NCBI GenBank assembly: GCA_030390025.1
Contig: CM059433.1
Span: 15,626,001 to 15,690,000, forward strand
Length of the DNA stretch: 64,000 bases
Source of the DNA: Squalus acanthias
Taxonomy: Eukaryota
Direction: 5' to 3'
Position 1 is the first letter of the stretch, and every line of letters begins with the position of its first letter. A model generated the notes under the pieces. It saw only the letters and a list, made by a program, of their open reading frames with translations, searched no databases and had not been told where the DNA came from. Shown here piece by piece: positions 1 through 13,878 of this stretch. Made by a program: the position numbers and the translations under genes.

Positions 1-1926
1 CCACCATCAAAGGCCTCCAGGAGTTCCTCGGGATGGTGAATTTCTATAACCGCTTCATCCCCAAAGCAGCGTCCCTCATGAGGCCCCTGTATGAAGCCCT
101 CCAGGGCAGGAGCGGCAAGATGGCGGTCGAATGGACGGCAGACGCGTCCGCCGCCTTCGATTCCACCAAGACTGCGCTCGCCAACGCCACCCTGCTCGCG
201 CACCCACGGCCCAATGCCAGGGTAGCGCTCACCACGGACGCCTCCGACCACGCGGTCGGCGCCGTGTATGAGCAGTGGGTCGACGGCGCCTGGCAACCAC
301 TTGCCTTCTTCAGCCGCCAACTACGCCTCCCGGAGGTCAAGTACAGCACCTTCGACCGCGAGCTCCTCGCGCTGTTCCTGGCGGTCCGCCATTTCCGGTT
401 TTTGCTTGAGGGCCACCCCTTCACTGCGTTTGTCGACCACAAGCCCCTGACATTCGCAATGGCAAAGACAACCGACCCCTGGTCCGCCAGGCAGCAGCGC
501 CAGCTCGCAGCAGTGTCCGAGTTCACCATGGACATCCAACACGTCTCCGGCCGAGACAATGTGGTAGCCGACTGCCTCTCCTGCCCCGCCATCCACGCCA
601 CACACCTAGCAGTCGACTACGCTCAACTCGCAGCAGACCACCGACCCTGATCTGCTCTCCGCACCCACCAACCTACTAGGGTTACGCCTGGCTGACGTCG
701 CCTGTGGCCCGACCGCAGTCACGGTCAAGTGCGACATATCCCTATGTCAACCTCAGCCCGTCGTCCCAGCGTCCTGGCGCCGCCGGGTATTCGACATTCT
801 CCACAACCTCTCCCACCCCGGCGCCCGCGCATCCATCAAATTGGTAGCCAACCGCTTCGTCTGGCGCGGCCTTCGCAAGGATGTGCGTACTTGGGCCAAC
901 TCCTGCCTAGCCTGCCAACGGGCCAAGGTACAGCAACACACGAAAGCACCCCTCGAGGAGTTTACCGTCCCCTCGCGGAGATTCGACCACATCCACGTGG
1001 ACATCGTCGGGCCCCTGCCGCCGTCGCAAGGCCACACGTAGTTGCTGACCATCGTTGACCGCACCACACGCTGGCCTGAGGCAATTCCACTGACCTCTAC
1101 CACCACCGCCGACATCGCCAGAGCCTTCGTCAGCACCTGGGTTGCACGGTTCGGCGTCCCTTCCGACATGACGTCTGACAGAGGTCCGCAATTTACCTCT
1201 GAACTCTGGACCGCCGTCGCACGCAATCTCGGGGTGACCATTCACCGCACCACAGCGTACCACCCCCAAGCCAACGGACTGTGTGAGCGGTTCCACAGAT
1301 CCTTGAAGGCATCTCTTCGAACCAGCCTCCAAGACAGCGCCTGGACCGACTGACTTCCATGGGTCCTCCTCGGCCTGTGCACCGCGGTTAAAGAAGACCT
1401 CCACGCATCGGCAGCAGAGCTCGTGTACGGTCAGCCGCTGCGCGGAACGGGCGAGTTCCTGCCCACCGCCACGACACCCTGGTCAGCCGACCAGCAACGC
1501 CACGACTTCGCCTCACCGGCGCTGCAGTTCGCCCCGGTGCCCATTGCCCGACACGGCGAATCCACCTCACACGTCCCACTAAGCCTGCACCAGGCACGGT
1601 TTGTTTTCGTTCGGCACGACGCCCACCGCGGACCTCTTCAACCCCCGTACGACGGGCCCTACAAGGTGCTACAGGCTGGGGACAAATTTTTCACCCTGCA
1701 AGTGGGCGACAGGACCGAAAAAGTGTCGGTTGACCGACTCAAGCCAGCACACTCGGAGCCCGGTGAGCAGGTCCCTGTAGCTCGGCCACCTCCACGCGGC
1801 CGACCTGCCCTCAAGCCGGTTCACCCGGCTGCTCCACGCCCGGCCGTTCCACGTTCACCAGCGTCCTACAAGAGCCGCTCCAGCCGGCCCATCAGACCGC
1901 CGCACCATCTCGTCCACACCTCGTAA
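1..1926 (+). pseudogene. pol: Gypsy pol (RT end, RNase H, integrase) with stops and frameshifts
   Basis: ORF pieces 33-650, 841-1041, 1042-1353 and 1423-1926 carry consecutive pol motifs, separated by in-frame stops (1039-1041, 1351-1353) and a disruption near 650-800. Confidence 0.9.
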
Positions 1927-1946
1927 GCGGATTCTGTGGGGAGCTG

Positions 1947-2189
1947 TGTGGCGGATCGCCACCTAAACGGGCATTATCCACTCTTCCGTTCCTAGACAAA
2001 TATCCAGCACCTTCCCTTTAAGGCACCTTACCTTTAATGCAGGAGTGGGCGGGGCTTCAGGGTTTGCTCAGAGAATTCTGGGAGCTTTTCAGTTCAGCCA
2101 TTTTGTGCCATGCAGTGATTAAAAAGTCTCTTGTTTAACACACATGGATTCAGCCTTAATTCGTGTTTCGCTGCAGCCTCAACAACACA
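1947..2189 (+). repeat. Putative 3' LTR of the Gypsy element (~245 bp)
   Basis: Follows GTGGGGAG, starts TGTG, ends CACA, contains ATTAAA near 2118. The 5' LTR is outside the window, so the boundaries are unconfirmed. Confidence 0.6.
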
Positions 2190-2234
2190 GTATTACTTTC
2201 TACAATTTCCTGCCTTGTTGTAGACCAATCTAGG

Positions 2235-2400
2235 AAGATCATTGGATCAAAATTCTGGAATTCCCTACCTAACATCATTGTGGGGAAACCATCAGGACAG
2301 CGACTGCAGTCATCCAAGGCCTACCACCACCTTCTCAGGGTAATAAATGTGACCTTGCCCGTGTTAGCCATCTGAAGAACAAAGATTTTTAAAAAAATGT
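2235..2400 (+). mobile_element. Decayed 3' end of a CR1-clade LINE (same family as 8915-9853)
   Basis: Similar by eye to 9680-9850 (TCAAAA...CATTGTGGG...GACTGCAG...CACCACCTT...AATAAATG). Confidence 0.55.
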
Positions 2401-3768
2401 AAGTAACTTGTGACTTAACTTATCTAAAGAAAACATTGCACAAAAACTAGAAATAGAGAAAAACCGCCAGTGAGCAGAAAACAAGAGGCTCCTAATCCTA
2501 ACAAAGTTTTCAAACAAGCAGCAAATACAAGTGAAGGAAACTTGGATAGGTTGCTTCCCCGTGGCAGTGAGAAGTCCGTTCTTGTGTTAGCGGGGCTCCC
2601 ATGATAGTATTAGGCAGGAAAAAACAGGACTTTGACCCAATAACCCTCCTAGGTTGTTCTACAACATAGCAGGAAATTGTGAAACGTAATACTATGCATT
2701 ACTTTTTCCCTACAGTAATTATTTTGATGCAGAGTCAGTGAAGAAGGGAAAAAACAGGAGACAAGCTGAAACTGTCAGGTTTTTTCCATTGTACTGCTGC
2801 TGCTCTCTATTTTCTATGCCAAAGGGGAACAATTTTGTCTTCATTTTTGTTTGTTGGAAACATTCGTCCTTATTGAGCTTGTAAATTGCAATCTGGCTGT
2901 TTTCCACCTTGTATTACAATGACCAGGGAGGAATTTACTCACCATTTTTGCTGGAGTTAATTCACCGGGGAAGCAGGCAAATTCTTTGGCAGAGGAGCTG
3001 TTTAACGCAAGGATAAATGTTCACCGTTAAGTTCTTCTGGTGCAGAGCTTGGCATTCTGGGAGTGCATCTTGGGAATTCAGGTATATTCTCCCATGATTG
3101 TGCACACATTCATTTTAAGGGACAAAAAACTGTGAGGTGCGGGGGGGGGCCCGAATTCCCCATACAAGCTCCTGGTGTGTGAAACTCTGCATTGGGAGTT
3201 CTAAGGACAAAATCTACCTGTGGATTTTGCTACAGTTGTCACGTTACTGGTTCAGTGTCAGCATCAACAGGGAAGAGCTGGCCAGGGTATCGGCTGTCCT
3301 GGAGTCTAACTGCCCAGCTGACTGGCCTTTTAAATAGTTAACTTAGCTGTGATTGGGGTGCTTTAGACAGCTGAACAGTGTTCCACTCCAAGGTACTTCA
3401 AACAGATGAGTATAAACTGTTTAAATGCACTACTTAGTTGCATATTTTATTCGTCCGTGTGGGAACTTAAAAACCTCAAGGTTTGCTTAAATAAATCATT
3501 CCCAACAAGTAGGGCAGAACAAACCAAGAAATTAATTCAAATATAATTTTCAACACAAACTACGCAAGCAGATGACGCAGGCATTCATTAAAGCTTGAAT
3601 GCTAGTTTAATTTGTTCCTGATTTCAAAATCCAGAGGTTGATGACATACATTAAAGCAAATACTTTGGTTATCATGTCTGTAGGTCTATCAGTCAGTCTT
3701 TCAAAGTCCATCAATGGTCATGTCAGTGAATGTGGATGTACAGATTTGCTGCTCTGTTTAAATTCCTA

Positions 3769-3988
3769 GGGGGAAAATTGGGTGGCACCTATTTTGGGGT
3801 GCTAACATCGCCGGGGCGCTAATTTTAGCACCCCAAAAAAGTTAGCGCCCCTTCGTCGGAAATTCAGTAATAGCACCCCAAGCGGGAGAGCACTCCCCCT
3901 CCGTCTTGGGGCGCCACTACTGAAGATCGCGGTGCTACGTGCAACCGGGGGCGCTAACGAGAGGCGCAAATCAACCCGATTTACCCCC
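3769..3988. mobile_element. Harbinger-like MITE
   Basis: Imperfect terminal inverted repeats GGGGGAAAATTGGGT / ACCCGATTTACCCCC, with internal GGCGCTAA/TTAGCGCC motifs shared with other MITEs in the window. Confidence 0.55.
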
Positions 3989-5046
3989 CCTTCCTATCGT
4001 TTTGTATTCTTCAGAGCTGGATCAACATGACTCCCCCAACTATTACTTAACTAGTTAAATAGCTATTAAGGCACTCAAGGCAGGAAGTAAGCATCATTAC
4101 AGCCCATCCCTTACTGGCAAAGGTTGATGTCGATACGATTCACAAAATCTTGTTAAACAAACCACTGAACAGAAAGTATTTAACATTTGTATTTGTTGTC
4201 ATTAAAATAATTTTCTGCCATAACTAGAAAAAAGAGGAATAGATACAGAGCGGTTAAGAGGGACAAATACAGATTACCAAGTTACCAGCTGTGACACGCT
4301 GTTTTTTTGGGTGGGATAGGAGGTATTTTTGATTTGCATACGTTAGTTACAAGTTAATTCTAAGAGACACAATATGAAGCAATATAATCCTAAATTGTCA
4401 CCTCTTTTAATTAGCACCCAACGTGAGAGGTTTGCAATTAATTGTGCCAATCATTAACTGATCTGTTCACTTTATATATTAGTTAAGTGCAATTGGACTT
4501 GGAATAATCCATCAACATAAACATTTGTCGGTCTTCAAACAAAGGTTACAAGTTCATATTTTGAGGAGGCCCACATCTGTGCAACATCAAATCTGCACAT
4601 CTGTTTCTCTGGCATTCTGCAGTTCTCGGGTGCTCGATTTCTCTCTGCTGCTGTTGCCATGGCAGTTTTATGACAGAAGCCAATTTTCTCCATCCCATAC
4701 TCTATTTTGAGTATCGTTATAAAGAGAGTTAATCTGTGTGTAGCCATTAAGACTACTTGGATATTTAATATGGGATATTTATTCACAATTACTATCCAGT
4801 TGTTAATAGGGCGGTGTCCTAGACCCAACCATCTTCAACCAACGGGAGACGCTGAGATACAAAGGACCGGTGAGTGTAAAGAAGTAAAAAGTAATCGAAG
4901 TGTGACGTCACCAGAAAGCAGGTAAGTGATTGGTTGGTGAGTATTTCTCTATTTCTCGCTTTTTTTCCCAAACTTGAGCGTCTAAATTTAAGTGCCTTGG
5001 TGTAGATATAAGTGTTCCAAATTTTAAAACTAATTAATTAATTGAG

Positions 5047-5823
5047 ATGGGAGACCAGGCAATGTGTTGTTGTTGTTGCATGTGGGAGCTGGTGGACACC
5101 ATTGAGGTCCAAGGCGACCACATCTGCAGCAAATGTTGGCTGCTCGAGGAACTTCGGCTCAGAGTTGATGAGCTGGAGTCCGAGCTTCAGACACTGCGAC
5201 ACATTCAGGAGTTGGAGCATTACCTGGACACTATGTTCCAGGAGGCAGTCACACCCACTAGAATAATTACTTCCAATTTGGCCCATGGTCAGGGACAGGA
5301 GGGTGTGACTACAAGCGAGGCAGATATTGGGATCCAGGAGGTAGTGGTGGAGGAGCCTCAGCCCTTGGCCTTGTTGATGAGCGTGAGTCCCGAAGGCTGT
5401 GTTGCCTGCCCGGTGCCAGGGTTAAGGACATCTCCTCTGGGCTGGAGAGAAACTTGGAGTGGGAGGGGGAAGATCCAGTTGTCATGGTCCACGTAGGTAC
5501 CAATGACATAGGTAGGACAAAGAAAGAGGTTCTGCTGAGAGAGTATGAGCAGCTAGGGGCTAAATTAAAAAGCAGAACCACAAAGGTAATAATCTCTGGA
5601 TTACTACCTGAGCCACGAGCGAATTGGCATAGGGTAAATAAGATCAGAGAAATGAACGAGTGGCTCAAAGACTGGTGTGGGAGAAATGGGTTTCGATTTG
5701 TGGGGCACTGGCACCAGTACTGGGATAAGAGGGAGCTGTTCCGTTTGGACGGGCTTCACTTGAACCATGCTGGGGCTAGAGTCCTGGCAAATTGAATAAC
5801 TAGGGCTGTAGAGAGGGCTTTAA
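5047..5823 (+). pseudogene. CR1 ORF1 (Zn finger, leucine zipper, SGNH esterase), internally deleted or frameshifted near 5370
   Basis: CCCMWEL..CSKCWLLEELRLRVDELE, followed by VHVGTNDIG and DGLHLN in another frame. Premature TGA at 5793-5795. Confidence 0.85.
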
Positions 5824-5872
5824 ACTGAATAGTGGGGGGGAGGATCCAGGTGAGCGGGAAAATAAAAAGTCA

Positions 5873-8824
5873 ATGAGAAATGAGAAGGCAATAGAGCAGG
5901 CTAGAGATGGGGGAAATAATAACCAGAGTGTGGTAGGAAGGGACAGAATGTTTAAAAATAAGAGTGTAATAGAAAAAAAGGCCAAAACAAGGAAAAATGG
6001 TAAAAAGACAAAGTTAAAAGCTCTATATCTGAATGCACGCAGCATTTGTAACAAGATGAATGAGTTGACGGCACAAATAGATACAAATGGGTATGATCTG
6101 ATCGCCATTACAGAGACGTGGTTGCAAGGCAACCAGGGCTGGGAACTGAATATTCCAGGGTATATGATAATTCGGAAGGATAGAAAGAAAGGAAAGGGAG
6201 GTGGGGTGGCTTTGTTGGTAAAAGATGGGATCAGTGCAGTGGTGAGAAGTGATATTGGCTCAGAAGATCAAGATGTCGAATCGGTTTGAGTGGAGATAAA
6301 AAATAATAAGGGGAAAAAGTCTCTGGTGGGCATAGTCTACAGGCCCCTGAACAGTAGCAATGCTGTTGGACAGAGTAGAAATCAACAAATAATGGAGGCC
6401 TGTAAAAAAGATACGGTAATAATCATGGGTGATTTTAATCTCCATATTGATTGGACAAATCAAATTGGCCATGGTAGTCTTGAGGAGGAGTTCATAGAAT
6501 GCATCCGGAATGGTTTCCTAGAACAGTGTGTAATGGAACCAACCAGGGAGCAGGCTATCTTGGATCTGGGACTGTGTAATGAAACAGAATTAATAAATGA
6601 TCTCATAGTAAAGGATCCTCTTGGAAAGAGTGATCATAGCATGGTTGAATTTCAAATTCAGTTGGAGGGTGAGAAAGTTGTATCCCAAACCAGTGTCCTG
6701 ATCTTAAACAAAGGCAATTATAATGGCATGAGGGCAGAACTGGCTAAAGTGGACTGGAAAAACAAATTAAAGGGTAAGAAAGTTGAAATGCAGTGGCGGA
6801 CATTTAAGGAGATATTTCATAACTCTCAACAAAAATATACTCCAGTGAGAAAGAAAGATTTTAAGAGAAGGGAGCACCATCCGTGGCTAACTAAGGAAGT
6901 AAAGGATGGTATCAAATTGAAAATGAAGGCATACAATGTTGCCAAGATTGGTGGGAGACCAGAGGATTGGTAAATTTTTAAAAACCAGCAAAGGATGACT
7001 AAAAAAATAATAAAGAGAGAGAAGATGAATTATGAGAGTAAGCTGGCAAGAAACATTAAAACAGATAGTAAGAGCTTCTACAGGTACATAAAAAGGAAGA
7101 GGGTAGCTAAAGTAAACATTGGTCCCTTAGAGGATGAGATTGGGGAATTAATAATGGGGAACGGGGAAATGACAGAGACTCTGAACAATTATTTTGCATC
7201 TGTCTTCACTGTAGAAGATACTAACAACATCCCAATAATGGATAATCAAGGGGTCACAGGGAGTGGGGAACTAAAGACAATCACTATCACTAAGGAAATA
7301 GTACTCGGTAAAATAATGGAACTAAAAGACGACAAGTCCCCTGGGCCAGATGGCCTGCATCCCAGGGTCTTAAAAGAAGTGGCTGCAGAGATAATGGATG
7401 CATTGGTTGCAATATACCAAAATTCCCTGGACTCTGGAGAGGTCCCAGCAGATTGGAAAACCGCTAATGTAACACCCCTATTTAAGAAAGGAGAGAGACA
7501 GAAAGCAGGAAACTATAGACCAGTTAGCCTAACGTCTGTCGTTGGGAAAATGCTGGAGTCCTTCATTAAGGAAGCAGTAGCAGGGCATTTAGAAAAACAT
7601 ACTGCAGTCAAACAGAGTCAGCATGGTTTTATGAAAGGGAAATCATGTTTAACAAATTTGCTGGAGTTCTTTGAGGATGTAACAAGCAGGGTGGACAAGG
7701 GTGAGCCAGTGGATGTGGTGTATTTGGATTTCCAGAAGGCATTTGATAAGGTGCCACATAAAAGGTTACTGCATAAGATAAGAGCTCACGGAGTTGGGGG
7801 TAATATATTAGCATGGATAGAGAATTGGCTAACTAACAGAAAGCAGAGAGTCTGGATAAATGGGTCATTTTCTGGTTGGCAAACGGTAACTAGTGGGGTG
7901 CCACAAGGATCAGTGCTGGGGCCCCAACTATTTACAATCTACATTAATGACTTGGATAAAGGGATCGAGTGTAATGTAGCCAAGTTTGTGGATGATACAA
8001 AGATGGGTGGGAAAGCAAGTTGTGCAGAGGACTCAAAGAATCTGCAAAGGGATATAGACAGGCTAAGTGAGTGGGCAAACATTTGGCAGATGGAGTATAA
8101 TGTAGGAAAGTGCGAGGTTATCCACTTTGGCAGGAAAAATAAAAAAGCAAACTATTATTTAAATGGAGAGTGATTACAAAATGCTGCAGTTCAGAGGGAC
8201 CTGCGGGTCCTTGTGCATGAAACACAAAAAGTTAGCATGCAGGTGCAGCAAGTAATCAAAAAGGCAAATGGAATGTTGGCCTTTATTTCAAGGGGGTTGG
8301 AGTATAAAAGCAGGGAAGTCCTGCTACAACTGTACAAGGTATTGGTGAGACCACACCTTGAGTACTGCATACAGTTTTGGTCTCCTTATTTAAGGAAGGA
8401 TATACTTGCATTGGAGGCAGTTCAGAGACGATTCACTAGGTTAATTCCAGAGATGAGGGGTTTGACTTATGAGGAAAGTTTGAGCAGGCTGGGCCTATGC
8501 TCATTGGAATTTAGAAGAATGAGAGGTGATCTTATTGAAACATATAAGATGCTGAGGGGGCTCGACAGGGTAGATGCAGAGAGGATGTTTCCCCTCATGG
8601 GGAAATCTAGAACTCGAGGGCACAGTCTCAGAATAAAGGGTCGCCCTTTTAGAACTGAGATGAGGAGGAACTTCTTCTCTCAGAGGGTCGTAAATCTGTG
8701 GAATTCCCTGCCCCAGAGAGCTGTGGAGGCTGGGTCATTAAATACATTTAAAGTGGAGATAGACAAATTTTTGCAAGATAAGGGAGTGAAGGGTTATGGG
8801 GAGTGGGCTGGGAAGTGGCTTTGA
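5873..8824 (+). pseudogene. CR1 ORF2 (AP endonuclease plus RT) with three in-frame stops
   Basis: YLNARS, ITETW, GDFN, SDH, YRPVSLTS, QHGF, GVPQGSVLGP and FVDD in one frame, with stops at 6287-6289, 6971-6973 and 8171-8173. Confidence 0.92.
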
Positions 8825-8914
8825 GCCTGAGATCAGCCATGATCTTATTGAATGGCGGAGCAGGCTCGAGGGGCCAAGTGGCCTATTCCTGCTCCTCTTT
8901 CTTATGTTCCTATG

Positions 8915-9853
8915 TTCAACTGCTTCATCAATGACCTTCCCTCCATTGTAAGGTCAGAAGCGGGGATGTTCGCTGATGATTGCAGAGTGTTCAGTTCCAT
9001 TCGCAACTCCTCAGATAATGAAGCAGTCCATGCCCGCATGCAGCAAGACCTGGATGACATTCAGGCTTGGGCTGGTAAGTGGCAAGTAACATTCGCGCCA
9101 CACAAGTGCCAGGCAATGACTATCTCCAACAAGTGAGAGTCTAACCACCGCCTCTTGACATTCAACTGCATTACCATTGCCAATTCCTCCAACATCAACA
9201 TCCTGGAGGTCACCACTGACCAGAAACTTAACTGGACCAGCCACATAAATACTGTGACAACAAGAGCAGGTCAGAGGCTGGGTATTCTGTGGCGAATGTC
9301 TCACCTCCTGACTCCCCAAAGCCTATCCACCATCTACAAGGCACAAGTGTGATGGAATACTCTTGACTTGCTTGGATGAGTGCAGCTCCAACAACACACA
9401 AGAAGCTTGACACCATCCAGGCCAAAGCAGCCAGCTTGATTGGCACCTCATCCACCACCTTAAACATTTACTCCCTCCACCACCAGCGCACTGTGTCTGC
9501 AGTGTGTACCATCTACAAGATGCACTGCAGCAACTCTCCAAGGTTTCTTCCAAACCCGCGACCTCTGCCACCTAGAAGGACAAGGGCAGCAGGTGCATGG
9601 GAACACCACCACCTCCAAGATCCCCTCCAAGTCACACACTATCCTGACTTGGAAATATATCGTGGTTCCTTTATCGTCGCTGGGTCAAAATCGAGGACCC
9701 CCTCCCTAACAGCATTGTGGGAGTACCTTCAGCACACGGACTGCAGCGGTTGAAGAAGGCGGCTCACTACCACCTTTTCAAGGGCAATTAGGGATGGGCA
9801 ATAAATGCTGGCTCTGCCAGTGATGTCCACATCCCAGGAACAAATAACAAAAA
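8915..9853 (+). mobile_element. 5'-truncated second LINE (CR1-clade RT 3' part and 3' UTR). Its first ~35 bp lie at 4805-4839, split off by the CR1 insertion
   Basis: 4808-4839 encodes a G(G)VL(D)PTIF-like stretch that continues into CFINDLPS...FADD at 8921. Ends with AATAAA and an A-rich tail. Confidence 0.8.
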
Positions 9854-10961
9854 ATGTCTTAATTAGTACTGGTCGTGAGTTAAATCACCCTGTAGAGTGT
9901 TGGATGTAATCATCCAAATTAAAGAGCTCAATGGCAAATGAACCACTTGACTTTACTAATGAGTCAGCCATTATTTCCACTGACACTAATAGAAACAGTG
10001 CAGCACACAAACTCTACTAGGGGGCAAGCCATATTTTATGAAGCATGAGCTTGATATTTTAATTATGTAGACAGGGAGGTACAGGGGGAAAACTGTCCAA
10101 AAATAAATAAAACAGAGGGCAGTACAACTTATCTTTCAGCTGGCATAAAGCTCAGTTCTAGCCCTGAAGGACCCACAAGTTTTTCTGTGTACACCCTCCC
10201 AACACACTTATATGTTCTCTTATACGACTGTACTTGCATCTCAAATTACAAATAAAATGTCCTATGTCTCTCCATAGGATTTCATGAAATAGGGAGATGT
10301 GAAAACAGTCCGGGTATTTAACTGTCAATTTTAATCACTGGATATAAGTTTGGAATGTCCAAGTGGTTCAGTGTCCAAGTTAGTAAATGTCATACATGAT
10401 TGCTTTATGGCCCAGTGCGTCTAGGGTGCTATGAGAGCTAGTGCATAGCTTGCATTATATAGTAAGTGACCCAAATAAAATGTTAAAAATGGTGGTTGCG
10501 ACCCCTGTAGGTGAGAGTAACCATAGAATGTTTAAGTTTGACATGGAATTCAGCAACACCGAGGACAAACAACCGGATATTAAAAATCAGCTTCAAGGGA
10601 GTGAAAGAAAAGTTTTAGCAAATTGATTGCGGCGTTTGGAATACTTTGAAAGGTATATTGCTGAGCGTGCAGGATAAATACATACATAGGAATAGCAAGT
10701 GTCGAGGAAATGAGCATGCCGTTAAACGGATCGATAACAGAATCAGAAGTGAAATAGGGAAGCAAAACAAAATCTGAAGAGAAATTGGTGAAGGGGGCTG
10801 GAACATTCAGAAACACTTTATAAAGTGGTCAATGCAGGCAGATAGGAATCTGCAAATGAGCATAGCTAGCGACACAAAATATAACAGTTAGAGGGCAGTC
10901 AGAGAGTTGATGTGAACCCTACCATTCCATAATTGGTGATAAGCCAAGTAGGATTAAGGAT

Positions 10962-11591
10962 TGGGGAGACCAAACGCAGATTGGGTGACCGCTTTGCGGA
11001 ACACCTCCGTTCAGTCCGTAAGGGTGACCCCGAGCTTCCGGTCGCTTGTCATTTTAATTCACCCCTCCACGCCCACTCAGACCTCACCGTCCTCGGCCTC
11101 GTGCATTGTTCCACGGAAGCTCAGCATAAGCTCGAGGAACAGCACCTCATCTTTCGTTTAGGCACTTTACAGCCTTCCGGACTCAATATCGAGTTCAACA
11201 ATTTCAGATCATAACCCCGGCCCCTCCCACATATATATACATTTTATCCACCCCTTTTGGTCCGTGCCTTTTTCCTTTTTTTTCTCTCTCTCCCCCTACG
11301 GCAGCTGTCTCTCATTCTGCCAGCATTTCACACCTCAGCTTTTGTTTCTTAACCTGTCCCATTACCATCTCGTCTTGCCTTGAGCATCTCTTAATGTCTC
11401 TACTTACCATAGACCAACCCTTTTGTTCTTTTATTCCTCCCCCCAGCCTCCACCTTGCATTTTTATCTGTTTAATTTCTTGCTCTTCTCTCAGTTCCGAC
11501 AAAGGGTTTCGACCTGAAACGTTAACTCTGTTTCTCTCTCCACGGATGTTGCCTGGCCTGCTGAGTTTTTCCAGCGTTTTCTGTTGTTATT
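10962..11591 (+). mobile_element. Penelope-like retroelement 3' fragment (GIY-YIG endonuclease C-terminus and 3' UTR)
   Basis: IGETKRRLGDRFAEHL..HFN..LGTLQPSGLNIEF. 13-bp TSD TAGGATTAAGGAT (10949-10961 / 11592-11604). Confidence 0.88.
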
Positions 11592-11929
11592 TAGGATTAA
11601 GGATGTCAACATTAAGGTGATGAAATTCCTAGACAGATTAAAATGGCTCCAAACAAATTAACCCCCATGGATGCATAGTTTTTATCCTGCTGTACTAAGA
11701 GAGACAACAGATAAGATTTGCGAGGTGCTGACAGTCGTTATGAGGGTGTCAATGAAAGCTGGAGAACTCCTTCTACATTGGAAACACCCAAACATGGAGC
11801 CTATTTTCAAAAAAGATTGACTAAACAGACCTAGGACACTTACAGATCCTTTAGCCTCGTTTAATACTGTGTACAACAATAGTATTCAGAAGTAAACTTG
11901 CGAATTGCCTGCATGATAATAACCTAGTT

Positions 11930-13030
11930 ATCCCACAACTTTGTCCATCTTTGCCCCTACCTCTCCTCTACCCTTGCTGAAACTCTTATCCACACTTTTA
12001 TTGCCTCAAGGCTCGATTTCTCAAATGCCTTAATTGCCAGTTTCCCAGGCTCCTCTCTATATGAACTCCGAATTGTTTAAAATAGATTGCCTGCATCCTA
12101 TCCTGTGCTAAGTCCCTTTGTCCATTATCCCTGTCCACAAATTTCCAATGCATGAAATTTGAAATCCTTCTCGTCGTTTACAAATCCCTCCATGGTTTCA
12201 GCCCACGTTACCTCTCTGACCTCCTCCAGCCCTATTCCCCAGCTCGCACTCTATAGTTCTCTGACCCTGGCCTCCCGTGCAACCCCCTCTTACAGTTGTG
12301 GTCTCCATATTTAAGGAAGGATATACTTGCATTGGAGGCAGTACAGAGAAGGTTCACTAGGTTGATTCCTGGGATGAAGGGGTTGACGTATGACGAAAGG
12401 TTGAGCAGGTTGGGCCTATACTCATTGGCGTTTAGAAGAATGAGAGGTGATCTTATTGAAACATATAAGATTCCGAGGGGGATTGACAGGGTAGATGCTG
12501 AGAGGATGTTTCCCCTAGTGGGGGAATCTAGAACGAGGGGGCACAGTTTCAGAATAAGGGGTCGCCCATTTAAGACGGAGATGAGGAGGAATTTCTTCTC
12601 TCAGAGGGTCATGAATCTTTGGAATTCTCTACCCCGGAGAGCTGTGGAGGCGGAGTCACTGAATATATTCAAGGCGGAGGTTGACAGACATTTGAACTAC
12701 AAGGGAGTCAAGGGGTATAGGGAGAGCGCGGGGAAGTGGTGTTGAGGACAAGATTGGATCAGCCATGATCTTATTGAATGGCGGAGCAGGCTCGAGGGGA
12801 CGATTGGCTTTCTCCTGCTCCTGTTTCTTATGCTCTTCTTATGTTCTTATGAGGCAGAGCTTTTAGACATCCAAGTCCTACCTTCAGGAACTTTCTCCCT
12901 AAACCACTTTGCTTGCTATTTGTATCCCTGCCTCTCAAGAGCGTCCTCTTATTGTACTTTCAATTCAGTCTCCTAATTCTCCTACTATCACTCGGTCTGT
13001 TCTCTCTTATGTAAAGCGCCTTGGGCCATT
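11930..13030 (+). mobile_element. Old L2-like LINE 3' remnant interrupted by a CR1 3' fragment
   Basis: Decayed ETLIH.FI.SRLD.SNA-like coding remnant near 11980-12030. Tail GTAAAGCGCCTTGGG near 13010. Confidence 0.5.
12296..12852 (+). mobile_element. CR1 3' fragment
   Basis: WSPYLRKDILALEAVQRRFTRLIPG..., closely similar to 8378-8914, with a CTTATG tail. Confidence 0.9.
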
Positions 13031-13878
13031 TTATTACACAGAAGAGCACCTATACTGATGTCCTGCTTACTCCCTAAACCCTTTAATAATACTTTTCCTC
13101 GAGCAACTAGCTAATTTCCTTTTAAAAGAATGTATGGACTCTGCTTCAATCGCAGTTTGTGCAGAGAATTCCACATTCTAACCACCTTCTCTGTAAAGAC
13201 ATCTTAAATTTGTACCCTCTTCTTGTAATCTGTCACTAATTTTATGACAGAAGCCAATTTTCTCCATCCCATACTCTATTTTGAGTACCATTATGAAGAG
13301 AGTTAATCAGTGTGTAGCCATTAAGACTACTTAGATCGTTAATATGGAATATTTAGTCACAATTACTATCCAGTTCCGAATATGTTTTAATTAGCTACTG
13401 GTCGTGAGTTAAATCACCCTGTAGAGTGTTGGATGTAATCATCTAAATTAAAGAGCTCAATGGCAAATGAACCACTTGATTTTACTAATGAGTCAGTCAG
13501 CCATTATTTCCACTGACACTAATAGAAACAATGCAGCACACAAACTCTACTCGGGGGCAAACCATATTTTATGAAGCATGAGCTTGATATTTTAATTAAA
13601 TTATTTAATATTTAATGCTCGTGAACTCACTACATTTTGCCCTTACACTATGTAGACAGGGAAACACAGGAGAAAACCCTGTCCAAAAATAAATAAAACA
13701 AAGGGCAGAACAACTTATGGAAATGTTTCAGCTGACATAAAGTTCACTTCTAGCCCTGAAGGACCCACAAGTTCTTCTGTGTTTACCCTCCTAACACTCC
13801 CATATGTTCTCTTATACGAAAGTACTTGCATCTCAAATTACAAATAAAATTGGGTGAGAGTAACCATAGAATGTTTAA

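Larger units (their letters stand above)
1..2189 (+). mobile_element. 3' half of a Ty3/Gypsy LTR retrotransposon (possibly CsRn1-like), GC-rich and decayed, truncated by the window start
   Basis: RT end, RNase H (TDAS, YSTFDRELLA, DHKPL), integrase (HVDIVGPLP, SDRGPQF, GLCERFHR) and GPY/F motif, followed by a purine-rich tract and a short TG...CA LTR. Confidence 0.9.
4840..8914 (+). mobile_element. Near full-length CR1-clade LINE
   Basis: ORF1 and ORF2 motifs, 3' tail CTTATGTTCCTATG, and a TTCAAC duplication at 4834-4839 and 8915-8920. Confidence 0.92.
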
